Of a DNA stretch of 64,000 bases, positions 23,901 through 34,386 are shown one piece after another. The stretch comes from Phoronis australis (taxonomy: Eukaryota; Animalia; Phoronida). The notes under the pieces were generated by a model. It did no database searches. It was not told where the DNA came from and saw nothing but the letters and a program-made list of their open reading frames with translations. Position 1 is the first letter of the stretch. Each line of letters opens with the position of its first letter. Position numbers and translations under genes: made by a program. The stretch spans positions 87,150 to 151,149 of the forward strand of contig NMRA01000014.1 in NCBI GenBank assembly GCA_002633005.1, read 5' to 3'.

Positions 23901-26900
23901 GTTAGTGTTTGTTAATTACTGAAAATACAGTAGACACATTTTTTGATAAGTAGCATATTGGTAGAAGTTGAGCAGTTAAGTTATAGTAAAAAGAGACAGT
24001 GGTATGGTGTCTGTTTCCTTTACTACAGGTTGTGGGTTTAAGTACCACTGAGGCACACCGCTCGACTCCGGTCTCTATCTCCTCAGCTCGGTTTTGATTA
24101 TATATTATTAAAGCATAAAAATGGTTGCTGTTTCAGGGTGTCTGGTATAACGTGTACCTGAACACCTGCAACTATTCTTATACACTTTATAGTTATATGC
24201 TGTAGAGCAGGAGCTAAACTGTTGTTTGAAGAGTCTTGTAATGCTGGTTGTTGAGCAGTTTGTGATCAAGAACAATACTCTACTAATTGAAGGAGCTACA
24301 TCACCACGTGGAGGAGGGAATGCGGCGTAACTTACTGTCTCGCCTGACACCTGTGGTGAAGAAGATGATGTATAGTGTAGAGAACTGCATTATTGGTAGT
24401 CACTAAGCATGCTGGTGGTGAAACAATGTAGCACTCATATTCATAAATACTCCTGCCAATCAGCTATGAGCTGTAGTGTATCCAGGCACTCTGTCTAAAT
24501 TCTGGCCATAGTGTCCATGAAGTCTAGTCCTTATCTTTAAGTGCTTGGCCTGCAGTGTGTTTATGTATCGCTGCTGAATAGAGTCCTTTCACATTCCTTA
24601 TGTGCATGCTTAGAAGCATAACGAAGTCAGTGTGATCACATGAGCCATAGTGTGAGTGCAATCAAAGGGGACATTGTTTACTGTGGTTTGGTGTAGTCGA
24701 GCGAGAGGCGTCTACTTGTATGACGAAGTGTCGGTAAAGCTGCTTTAACTAGTGAGTGGGTACAGATAACCTGGAATGTGCATTGATTTTTATGCTTGCT
24801 ACAGCATAGGGCCTGGTCCACATAACTGTGAGGTCCTGTCTTGCAGTCACAGATCCCCCCGTAATAATGCTTTGTTTAGAAAACTTAGTGGCTGCTGTTT
24901 TGTAAGCCAGAGAATTTTGTCTACAGTAAGCTTCTTTTAGTAAAGTGCTTAAAACCTCTATTTACCTTGTTTTGACAAGTGACTACATTGTCAGCATCAT
25001 TAAGCCTCCCTTTATAGCTCTGTATATCGCAATCGTACGTTCAATATCCCAAAAATGAGAAAATAAAAGAAAAGTGACTTCAATTGAAAGTTTTTATAGC
25101 TCCATGGGTATGAGTGTAATGTATGAACTCACCCAGTGTGTCATGTACAATCTTGTGCCGTATTCACGCTTGTCTGAAGTCCCGTGGGAAAGTGAAAAGA
25201 GCCTGATCTTGGCTAAATACTAAGTTGTCACAAACGCAACACCTCGCCATTCCTTATTGTAATATAAACCCACGAGAAAATGAACAATATCTGATGACTC
25301 GTCATACTAAACACAAAAATAGAGAAAGATAACTAGTGCCATGATTGGTAGTCCCAATTTTATGTAGTATGTTTCGACCGATAAATGCTCGTAACTCGAT
25401 ATCAGCTAATTAACATATCAGATAGTGTTTGAGGGTGTTCTAATTTGACAAAACATCGACTGCTGTGGTCGTTTTTTTTTTTTTTGGTGTTTTTGATACG
25501 AAATTGTTGAATTTAAGCACTTTAAACTAACTGGCGATAAGTTAGGTATGAGAGGGTGCAAGTTTAGGCTGTGGCTAAAGAGTGTCTTACCCACCAACAC
25601 ACTAACACCTGCAGCCAACGGATTGTTCTAAAGATGAGAGTGCCTGTTGTCACAACTCGTGTCTTCCACTCTTGCGATGCCACTTGGTTTGCATCTCCCA
25701 CAGACTCGTGCGCTTTTTTGCGTGGTTTAGCCTCGCATTCGAAACAGTGTGAAAGGATTTTAATGATGTACGGTGGTGGTGTGAACAAAGTGTGGCGGGG
25801 GAATTCTGAGGTACACGCGGAGTATTTATGGGTCTGGCTGCTGAGTTGTTTGTTAACCCTGATTGTGTTGCATGTCGTTGCAGTGCTGTTCTGTCAATCC
25901 TGCTATATTCTTACAGGCATGTTGTGCTGTCAGCCAAGAAGACTTGACCATCCTTGATGTGTTTCTTTACGTTACCTTATTTTGCTTCCTTAGGAACTGC
26001 ATGCTCACGTAGAGCAGGGATTGGGTCGCAACCTGCAGTCACGCTGCTCAACCACACTGTTACAGGGAGTAGAGAGCGTTGAAAAAGTCATGATTGGTAA
26101 ATAGTCACACTGTTACCTGATTGTTAACCACACGGCTCCTGTTTAGACACTTACACATTTGTAGACACCTGGCATTTGTTTTTCACGCTCTTGTGAACAG
26201 TGATTAATTTGTGTGTTGTGTCATTATTTGAATAATTTTATTTTGGTCTACTCTTACATGGTTGTTGAACTAGTTCATTATTTTTGTATTTTTGGACCAA
26301 ATTCCATTCTTTGTCCTGGCCAAGCTTTGAGTTTTAGAGTGCCTTAACTTCTTTTCAGATTTGTTCAAAAATCCTTAGTATTCAAAAGTTACGCGAAAAT
26401 CTGTTGTAATCCTTGATTTTATTTATCGCCTACTGATGCGGAATCCCATAATGGCTGTTCCAGCAAAATCCGTATGGGAGGGGGAGATGGAAGTTGAAAT
26501 AAAAGTTTATGGGTGATAGTCTTCAGAAGAAAATTTAAATTATGAGTGGTCCTCCATGAAAGAAGTTAATCATTAAAACTGGGTGATGTTTTTTTCTGTA
26601 AATATTGACAGGTGGGTAATTTCAGTCAAACACAGCTCAACAAAAATCAAAACTCCTAAAATTCACTTGGCAGATCCCAAAAATATCCCGAACCAAAAAA
26701 GACAACCCCATGTTGCTAGTGTACAGAGTGCAATATGTACACCGTGCTGTTAATCATGTCATGGCAACTTGATTTAAAGCTCATGTTGTTCTGCAGTCAT
26801 ATTAGAATGAAAATTACTGCAACACTAAACTGGTATTTTAAAACACATCTAAGAAAATCTGATGGTTTTTTAAATAGAAGGTATGAGGAGTCGGATAGAC

Positions 26901-29900
26901 AAGTTCCAATATTGACTTGGCATTGCAGCGTAAAAGCGTTCGTGGAGACAGTTTGAGATTCATAGGTCCATGAAATTGAAAAAATATTGAAATTACAGAC
27001 ACATGGTGGACAGAGACACCTGGTGGCTTCCTAAAGTATTGCTCACAAGTGTCTTTGTAAAGCAAGTTTATGGTAACTGACATGAGTTGTGGTCTCACAT
27101 GGAATTTTTCTGCATCCACTTTGTGGTCGGTCTGTCATTATCATTCATTTGTTGTCCATCAATTATCTCAAGAACCCCCTGATGGATCGTGATGAAATTT
27201 GGTAGATAGGTACTTGGCAGGGATGTGCCAGCACCAGTCGATTTTCTGGCGGATTTGAGTACCTTGGTACCCCATGTTGGCCGCTTTAGTTTTCGACAAG
27301 CCATTCTCTATTGCTTGACGGATCACTATGAAATTCGAAACAGGTATATGGCAAGAATGTGCCAGCACCAGTCACTTTTTGGACGAATTCAAGTGCTGTG
27401 GCACCCTCTGTTTTCGACTGCTCAAGTCATTGCTTGTCCGTCGATTATCTTGAAACCGCTTAACGAATCATGATGACATTTGGCATAGAGATAGACAGCT
27501 GGTATGCATCAGCACCAGTCGATTTTCAGACAGATTTGGCTATCGTAGCACTCCTTGTTGACCATTTTAGTTTTTGACAAGGCAGGTCGATTATCTCAAA
27601 AACCGCATTTTATATTTCAACCTAATTAAAAATTATGGGTGGTGGGTTGGAGAAATAAAAGAAAAATATGTGCGGTGGGTAAGAAATGAAAATGCCTTCC
27701 CCCCTCTCATACATTTTTACTGGAACAGCCCATTGTTTACATTTTTACTGTTTAAGCTGTATTTGGATATGTTTAGCTGACTAAACAACAGAAATCAAAT
27801 TAGGCCCAGTACCTGTCATAAAACCAAGTCTTCCTTTCGGTGATAGGATTTTTTTATTCCAAGAAGAACATTAAACCTATCAGCGACAGCGAATTCGTGA
27901 ATAGTGCATATGAGCATTGCTTGTGACTTGAGTTGGTAATAAAAATAGAATCCTATGGAAGTAAAGAAGTTCATGGGATTTTAAGAGATTAAAATTCCAA
28001 ATTTGACTTTTGGTTTTATCCATCTTAACAGGGCGACATGCATCTTTAATAAATCTCATTTTTCTTCCAATCTTTGTTAAATGACTTGATTGGAGTCTAG
28101 AGTAAATTTATAAGACTGTCAAGGAAAGCGAGCTTCTATGAACCTGTAACATTTGTAGGTCAATGGCAGAATGTAGTCGACTGGCTTGTTCATAGTGAGT
28201 ATGTCACAACACATCATGACACAAAAAATACAAAGATAAATGAAAAGTTTTAATTTAATTTGGTTATTATAAATATCAGATTCTGATTTGGCAATTGAGT
28301 CAGTGTTTTTGCTTTCTTTCAGAGCGCCTCACAGCCCTTTTGCCGGATGAGTCAAAACAACAGGTGGCAGGAGTGTTACCTTGTCGAGACTTTGAGGTTG
28401 CTTATCGCCTGGACTGTCGCAACTTGTGTGCCGACTTCCAAGAAGACATTGAATTTCACTTCTCACTGGGCATCACGTCTATGATGAGAAGGTTTCTGGG
28501 TAAGACTGGAGCCAGGACCGCCTTGCATGGGATTCATCACTCGGTGGGTAACTCAGCCATCACTTCAGTAGTAATGCAAAATATTACTAATAAAGTAGCC
28601 TCGTCTATATTCTTTGCTCTGGATTTAGTGCAGTATAATCGCTCAGTCAGGTTTCTGCCGATTGTAATGGCGCTGTATCAGGGTTGCAATACTGCTGTAC
28701 TATTTTGTGTTGTAACCAATCTCTTTGTCATGAGTTGACTGTATCATTCTGTAAGTACTTCATTTGACATTTTCATGTCTCCAGACAATATTGGCATCAA
28801 ATAGTTACAGCTAGATCGTGATGATTTGAACTGCATGCATGAATACATTATACACTATCCTCAGATGGCTGCGTCGATACCAATGACCCCACAGACTCCA
28901 AGTAATGAGTACCGACCACCAGGTAATGATACCAATACTGAGATCATGATGGCTCTTGTACGAGCATTCCCTTCAGTCATGTCATCAACCAGTGTAGGGG
29001 CCGTCATAGTTACAGGCGTGGTGAGTTTAGTGTGCTCTGTGCATAATGATTGAATCTAGGTTATTGTGTATGTCACTTCTTGGTGCGTAGTCATTAAATC
29101 TAGGTTATCATGTCCTTTGTTGGTGCTCGTGTCTGTCAATCTCATGATATTGGCCAGGGAGTTATGTGGAAGTTTTGAACAGTCTAATGTCGGTGTGAGT
29201 TTTGAACAATCTGGAATTATGGTGTAGGTTTTGAACAATCAAGTTGTAGGTTTGTTCTGCTAATAGCCATTCTGTCAAGTTTTGTTCTTGCTTCTTTTGT
29301 CGTTAACCTAATGTAATTTACTTAATGTGTAGGTTTATTAGTCAAAGTTGCGTTGTTTAGCAGCACATTTTTATGTATGCAATGTATTTGTCCGTTACAT
29401 GCTATATTTGCTAAGTGTTGAGGAAGTTGAGTTCAAGTGAATTATAATAACACAGTGTATAGTATGCTGCATAAAGCAATCATATGTTTTGTTGTGTTTC
29501 TCATAATATTCCTTACTACAATAGGATTCCATTTCCGTTACCAGCTCAAGACACAGACAATATGTACATGCAAAATCTTAACTTTAGGGTTGACTGAACC
29601 CAATAACGTCTGAAGTGTTTTCTGTACTTTTTGATGGTTTCAGTGTTCTTGTTGGACACAGAAATAGAGTGCTATATCACAATGAGATTGTTGTGAGAGT
29701 AAAAGGCTAAACGAGGCAAAATGCAGTTTTAAGGAATTCAATGTTTACAATATTTGTCAATTGTTGTTTATTAGATTACAAAAGTCGCTGGTTGGAAGGT
29801 AATAGCAGTGTGTGGTGCCCTCTATGGACTAGTATATGCCTATGAAAGGCTGACATGGACTAGCAAAGCTAAGGAGCGTCGTTTCAAGCACCAATATGTG

Positions 29901-32900
29901 GATTATGCTGGTAGCAAACTGAAGCTAATCGTCGACTTGACTAGTGCCAATTGCAGCCATCAGGTCCAACAGTAAGTGTAACTCCAATCCACCTCTTTTG
30001 GTGGTTTTTGATTCAGGATTACTGCTAAAATATGATAAATTCAGGCACAATTTTCTATTGCGATAATTGTAGATCTGTCCAAAGTGGACTTCATGTAATT
30101 TATGCGCCCACATATTTATACGTGGGCGTATTATGCCGTAATCCCTGTCTCTCTGTCCGTCCGGCGTCCACTTCTCTATTTCCAAAAACTCTTTGATGTA
30201 TGTTTATGAAATTTTGCACAATGTGGTCCTTTCGTGAATAGGATGGCATGAGTGAACTTTCAGACAGATCCGACTACCGGTGTGTCCCCTAATGACAATT
30301 TTAGTTTTTACGTTTACCTCAAAGTCTGTATCTTCAAAGGTCCTCAACAGATTTTCATAGAACTTGGCAGACAGGCATCTATTAGTGAGATGACGCTATC
30401 CTCCCATTTTTTGGATAGATTCGAGGTATTTTGCACCACCTATTGGCCATTTTGAACTGTTTTCAGGTCTGTTTTTTGGCGTCTGCCCCTCTGTCAAGCA
30501 AATCACTCTAAGTATGATTGCAAAAATTGGCATACCGTATTCGCCCTAATAACAAGTCTTGGAATTTTCCGTAGAATCGTGGATTTACGCTTTTTTCTCT
30601 TGTTCCTTCCGTGTATTTTTGTTATATTTCCACGAAAAAAATCTGATTTTGTCTTAAAACTTTCGCGGCAAATTGGTTTCTAACCGTGGCGTTGCTGACG
30701 ACTCGAAAAGTGGAAACTGCTCTTAGTGTTCCACAGGAACAAAAATCATAATTGCCGTGGCACCTGGTATAGCGTGGTTCGTCAATGGCGTCTGCATATG
30801 GTATTAAATCGAGATTCCTGCGGCCAAAAATGCCTGGAGCTTGGAGTAGACAGAATATTTCGTAGAACAAGTGGATAAAAGAAACGGTCAATGTGTCTTC
30901 TAATAACAAAAGTCAAGGTTTGTGCTCTGTAAACTTTGACAGAGAGACAATAACGGCGTGCGTGGCCGAATCGCCTTGGCTTAGAATTGGAGGACCACCT
31001 GAAAACGATGAAACACAAGAAAGAAAAACGCTTTCTGAAAGGAAATTCAACCGTAACTGGTAATTCGTTGGATTCGGAATGTAATAGCATTGGAATCATG
31101 GGATGTGAGTGATGTATGAAATTCTTTTGTTTGATCCCACGTGTAAGCCCGTGCCAGTACTTGCCAAGTTGGCTGCTAGGCCTAAGTCCGATTTTCTACT
31201 TGCTGCCGAAACGGGATACAAAGTGTTATTTTGTTACTGCAACTGTTGTAAATTGCCGTTGATGTATTCCAATTTATTTTGACATTTTTAATGTTTTGTT
31301 GCGTTAAAAAGTCTTAATTTGACCGACTGGGGTTTTGCAGTTCAAGAGAGAAGTGGTCACGTGACAGGTTGTGAATGATCTGATTGGTTGAAGTCATTGT
31401 TTACAAATTCTGCCAGCCTATTTTCAGGGTCCTGTTAATTATTTCTTGTGTAAAATGAATCACAGTGTGTTCTACACCAGCGTGGCTTATGAACAACTAA
31501 CTCCTGTAATTACTGTTTGAAACTGAAAAATTGGCCAACTTAGGATTGTGATTGATGTATTCTATAGTTTAAATTAGGTTGGTTTTTGACTTTCATTTTT
31601 TCCATGCTAACAGTTGGGGTATGGGCCACAGGTTTTCATCTTGACTTTTTTCCATTTGTGTTGGAAATAATTTTTTGTCAGAATTAAATGTGTATGTATT
31701 TCAGGCTTTCCAGATAATCTGGATCGATTTTCAATTTTTTTAATAATTTTGTATCGTAATTATAAGAACTGAAAATAATTTTATAGGTATCTGCAGCAAA
31801 TCAAAAATAAGCTTCTGTCACTCACACTGCAAATATTGCATCATTGTCTTTATTGTTTTATTCTTAAAAGGTATCTTTTGTTGCATCTAATTGCCTTCAT
31901 TGCTGAGAACTCCCTGCCACTGTCAGCTGCACCAAAGTTATTGGATCTAGTAAAGTGTACATTACAAAATTGTGTACGTTGTGATCTACATCTTGGAAGT
32001 ATTCATTCATTGGCATGACACCGTCTTTGGATGTATCTCCCAATACCTCTGCAGGATCTTTATTAAAGTTGCAAGTGTGTTTATATGAACTCAGCAACGG
32101 ACAACGTCAAGATTTGAATTGATCCGACTACCACTGTCTCATTCGTTGCAATTGTATTTTTTCCTTGTCCTCTGTTTCTGTGAAACTCCTTGGTAGATTG
32201 TTTTGAAATTTAATAAAAGGTTTCTATTAAAAAGCCAACAGGTTCCCATTTACAAATAAATTTGATGTATAGCGGCTGTTTTTATAATGAAATTTTGCAA
32301 ATGAGTTTCTGTTAAAGAGACAATGTCGCCGTCTCATTTTGCGGGTGGAATTGACATGTTTTGCGTCACTCGGTGGCCAGTTTAAAAACTTCTGAGTACA
32401 TTTTTTGACATCACCCTCTCCATCCACCAAACCGCTTCAAGAATCATTTTATTAAAGTTTGGAAATGTGTTCCTGATGAGCAGACCGAGGCTGACTTGCG
32501 GACATGTTCAACTACTCTGGCACCCCCTAGTGGCAATTATATTTTTTGTGTCCACGGCTGTATCTCCTTTACCCTTTACAAGATCTTTCTGAAATTTAGC
32601 AGATGGATTGCTATGGAGATGGCTACAGATGACAGCCAGTTTCAGACCAATCCAATCTACTCAAAATATTGTATAAGGCTTGGAACACAGGTGGAAATGA
32701 AATGTACAGCTTGACTAGGATGCAATGTCAGTAGTCCTGAATGTACAGCTTGACTAGGATGCAATGTCAGTAGTACTGAATGTACAGCTTGACTAGGATG
32801 CAATGTCAGTAGTCCTGAATCTACAGCTTGACTAGGATGCAATGTCAGTAGTCCTGAATGTACTGCTTGACTAGGATGCAATGTCAGTAGTCCTGAATGT

Positions 32901-34386
32901 ACAGCTTGACTAGGATGCAATGTCAGTAGTCCTGAATGTACAGCTTGACTAGGATGCAATGTCAGTAGTCCTGAATGTACAGCTTGACTAGGATGCAATG
33001 TCAGTAGTCCTGAATGTACAGCTTGACTAGGATGCAATGTCAGTAGTCCTGAATGTACAGCTTGACTAGGATGCAATGTCAGTAGTCCTGAATGTACAGC
33101 TTGACTAGGATGCAATGTCAGTAGTCCTGAATGTACAGCTTGACTAGGATGCAATGTCAGTAGTCCTGAATGTACAGCTTGACTAGGATGCAATGTCAGT
33201 AGTCCTGAATGTACAGCTTGACTAGGATGCAATGTCAGTAGTCCTGAATGTACAGCTTGACTAGGATGCAATGTCAGTAGTCCTGAATGTACAGCTTACT
33301 GTGCTGTTTCCAGGGAGTTGTCTGGCAGTTTTGCACGCCTCAGTAACCAAGTAGATGTTGCCAGGTCTGAGTTGGAGGCTGAAATCAAGATGCTAGACAC
33401 GGAGATTACGAGGCTTGAAGAGATCACTAAGAAAGCCAAGGTGTACAAGTAAGTAGCTTTTTCATGTATGTTGCTTCGTTGTAGTGGATCAATAATACAT
33501 CTTGTTCAAGTATGTGAGTGGGTGTAGTGAATCAAGGACACATCCTGTTCAAGTATGTGACTGGGTGTAGTGAATCAAGAACACATTATGTTCACACATC
33601 CTATTCAAGTATGTGGCTGGTTGTGTTGAATCAGTGACACCATAGACTATAGTACATGGACCATCAACTCCATATATTTTCAATGGACAAAATCTGTGAT
33701 CTTACGCACAAGCCGTGACGTCACTATTCAATAGCAACACCTGGCAAAATTAGCAAGTTTTACTTCCAGCAAGTACGTCGTCTGCTAATCATGGTCGGCT
33801 ATGGTGTGGTCGGGTGCCAAAAGTACTCACCATACCAACAGTCCTATTATTGGAAGATTTGAGCAGCATTTCAATGCTGAAATTATTTTTTCATTGTATT
33901 GGACAGTAAAATAGATGCAAGAATTTCCCATCACAATACACTAACTGGAAACTGAAATTGGTAATTTAGGAGAATGGCATCTCCTCTAGGATAGTATGCA
34001 AGAAAATGTCGGAGTTGCGAATTTGTTGTCTATAATCTATGGGGACACATCCTGTTCAAGTATGTGGTTGGGTGTGGTTAATCAATAACACATCCTGTTC
34101 AAGTATATGACTAGATGTAGTGAATCGAGAACACATCCTGTTCGGGATCAACTGCATATTAAGTCCAGATCTGCACTAGATTGTACTCCGCTTCTGACAA
34201 TTAGCAAGTGACATGTATATGCAGCTGTTTTCATTCAAAAAGACTGAATTGGTTATGAAAGCATGTCACATGATTACTGTTTGTGTGTTCCTGAGGATTC
34301 TGTTCTATTGTTTTAGGAATAAAGCCGAGTGGTTCAACAGAGAGTTGGAGTCTTTTGCTAAGCAGTTCCTGTTTAGTTCCAAATAA
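14915..34386 (+). CDS. MFN2: Mitofusin (MFN1/2, Marf/Fzo family dynamin-like GTPase); 17 coding exons, 767 aa
   Basis: Exons 14915-15131, 18129-18255, 18901-19063, 19368-19489, 19877-19985, 20763-20870, 21175-21328, 22073-22140, 22294-22415, 23094-23220, 23740-23844, 25994-26096, 28323-28543, 28865-29020, 29775-29971, 33314-33448 and 34317-34386 join in frame (2304 nt, all GT-AG). Motifs: [11 protein letters not shown]-loop [54 protein letters not shown], membrane region [24 protein letters not shown]-terminal HR2. Invertebrates typically have one mitofusin, so the symbol means MFN2-like. Confidence 0.96.
16020..17445 (-). mobile_element. Old, diverged DINE/HINE-like repeat array
   Basis: Reiterated modules such as GATATCTAGAGAACC...ATTTCAATGAAATTTGACAC and CCTAGTGGCCATTTT, the reverse complement of motifs in copies A, B and D. 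Boundaries approximate. Confidence 0.5.
17515..17910. repeat. Composite minisatellite of alternating ~30/37-bp subunits
   Basis: TTTGTATCTGCTAAACCTCCTCATGTGTACGGTACC alternates with TTTGTGTCAGCTAAACCTCCTCATGTCTACC. Confidence 0.9.
19776..19912 (+). repeat. 67-bp tandem duplication spanning a mitofusin intron/exon boundary
   Basis: CTGTGTAAAGTCATCTTTGCGTTGTT(G/A)TTTATAG|TCCAGGTATTGACGTGTCTCCTGACCT(G/C)GATAG occurs at 19776 and 19843. Confidence 0.95.
20196..20287. repeat. Minisatellite, 21-bp unit, about 4.5 copies
   Basis: Unit GTAAATAGGCTAGAGGTTGG(T/A). Confidence 0.95.
26453..27731. mobile_element. TIR-bounded non-autonomous DNA transposon with a nested HINE-like repeat (about 27095-27600)
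   Basis: Left end GGCTGTTCCAGCAAAATCCGTATGGGAGGGGG is inverted to right end CCCCCCTCTCATACATTTTTACTGGAACAGCCC. The internal segment has ATCTCAAGAACC...GATGAAATTTGG modules. Confidence 0.6.
30099..32655 (-). mobile_element. DINE/HINE-like repeat copy C, interrupted at 30535 to about 32015 by another element
   Basis: Begins TTTATGCGCCCACATATTTATACGTGGGCGTATT then CTGTCCGTCCG, the reverse complement of the copy B end. Homology breaks after TA at 30533-30534, where CCGTATTCGCCCTAATAA (Tc1/pogo-like TIR start) begins, and resumes near 32020. Confidence 0.65.
32700..33297. repeat. Minisatellite, 39-bp unit, about 15 near-identical copies
   Basis: Unit GAATGTACAGCTTGACTAGGATGCAATGTCAGTAGTCCT. Confidence 0.97.
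33495..34143. repeat. Diverged ~42-bp minisatellite interrupted by a MITE
   Basis: Unit approximately ACATCCTGTTCAAGTATGTGACTGGGTGTAGTGAATCAAGGAC, present on both sides of 33641-34041. Confidence 0.8.
33641..34041. mobile_element. P-element-like MITE inserted in a ~42-bp minisatellite
   Basis: Termini CATAGACTATAG ... CTATAATCTATG. Flanking 7-bp near-duplication GTGACAC (33634-33640) and GGGACAC (34042-34048). Confidence 0.6.

Noticed and set aside
32657-33271. 204-aa repetitive ORF ([13 protein letters not shown])n, and similar ORFs at 2656-3053, 55186-55755 and 54596-55139
   Set aside because: They arise from intronic minisatellites whose unit length is a multiple of 3; no promoter, splice or homology support.
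32700-33297. CRISPR-like appearance of 36-42-bp repeats
   Set aside because: Units are head-to-tail with no unique spacers, there are no cas genes, and the context is eukaryotic intron.
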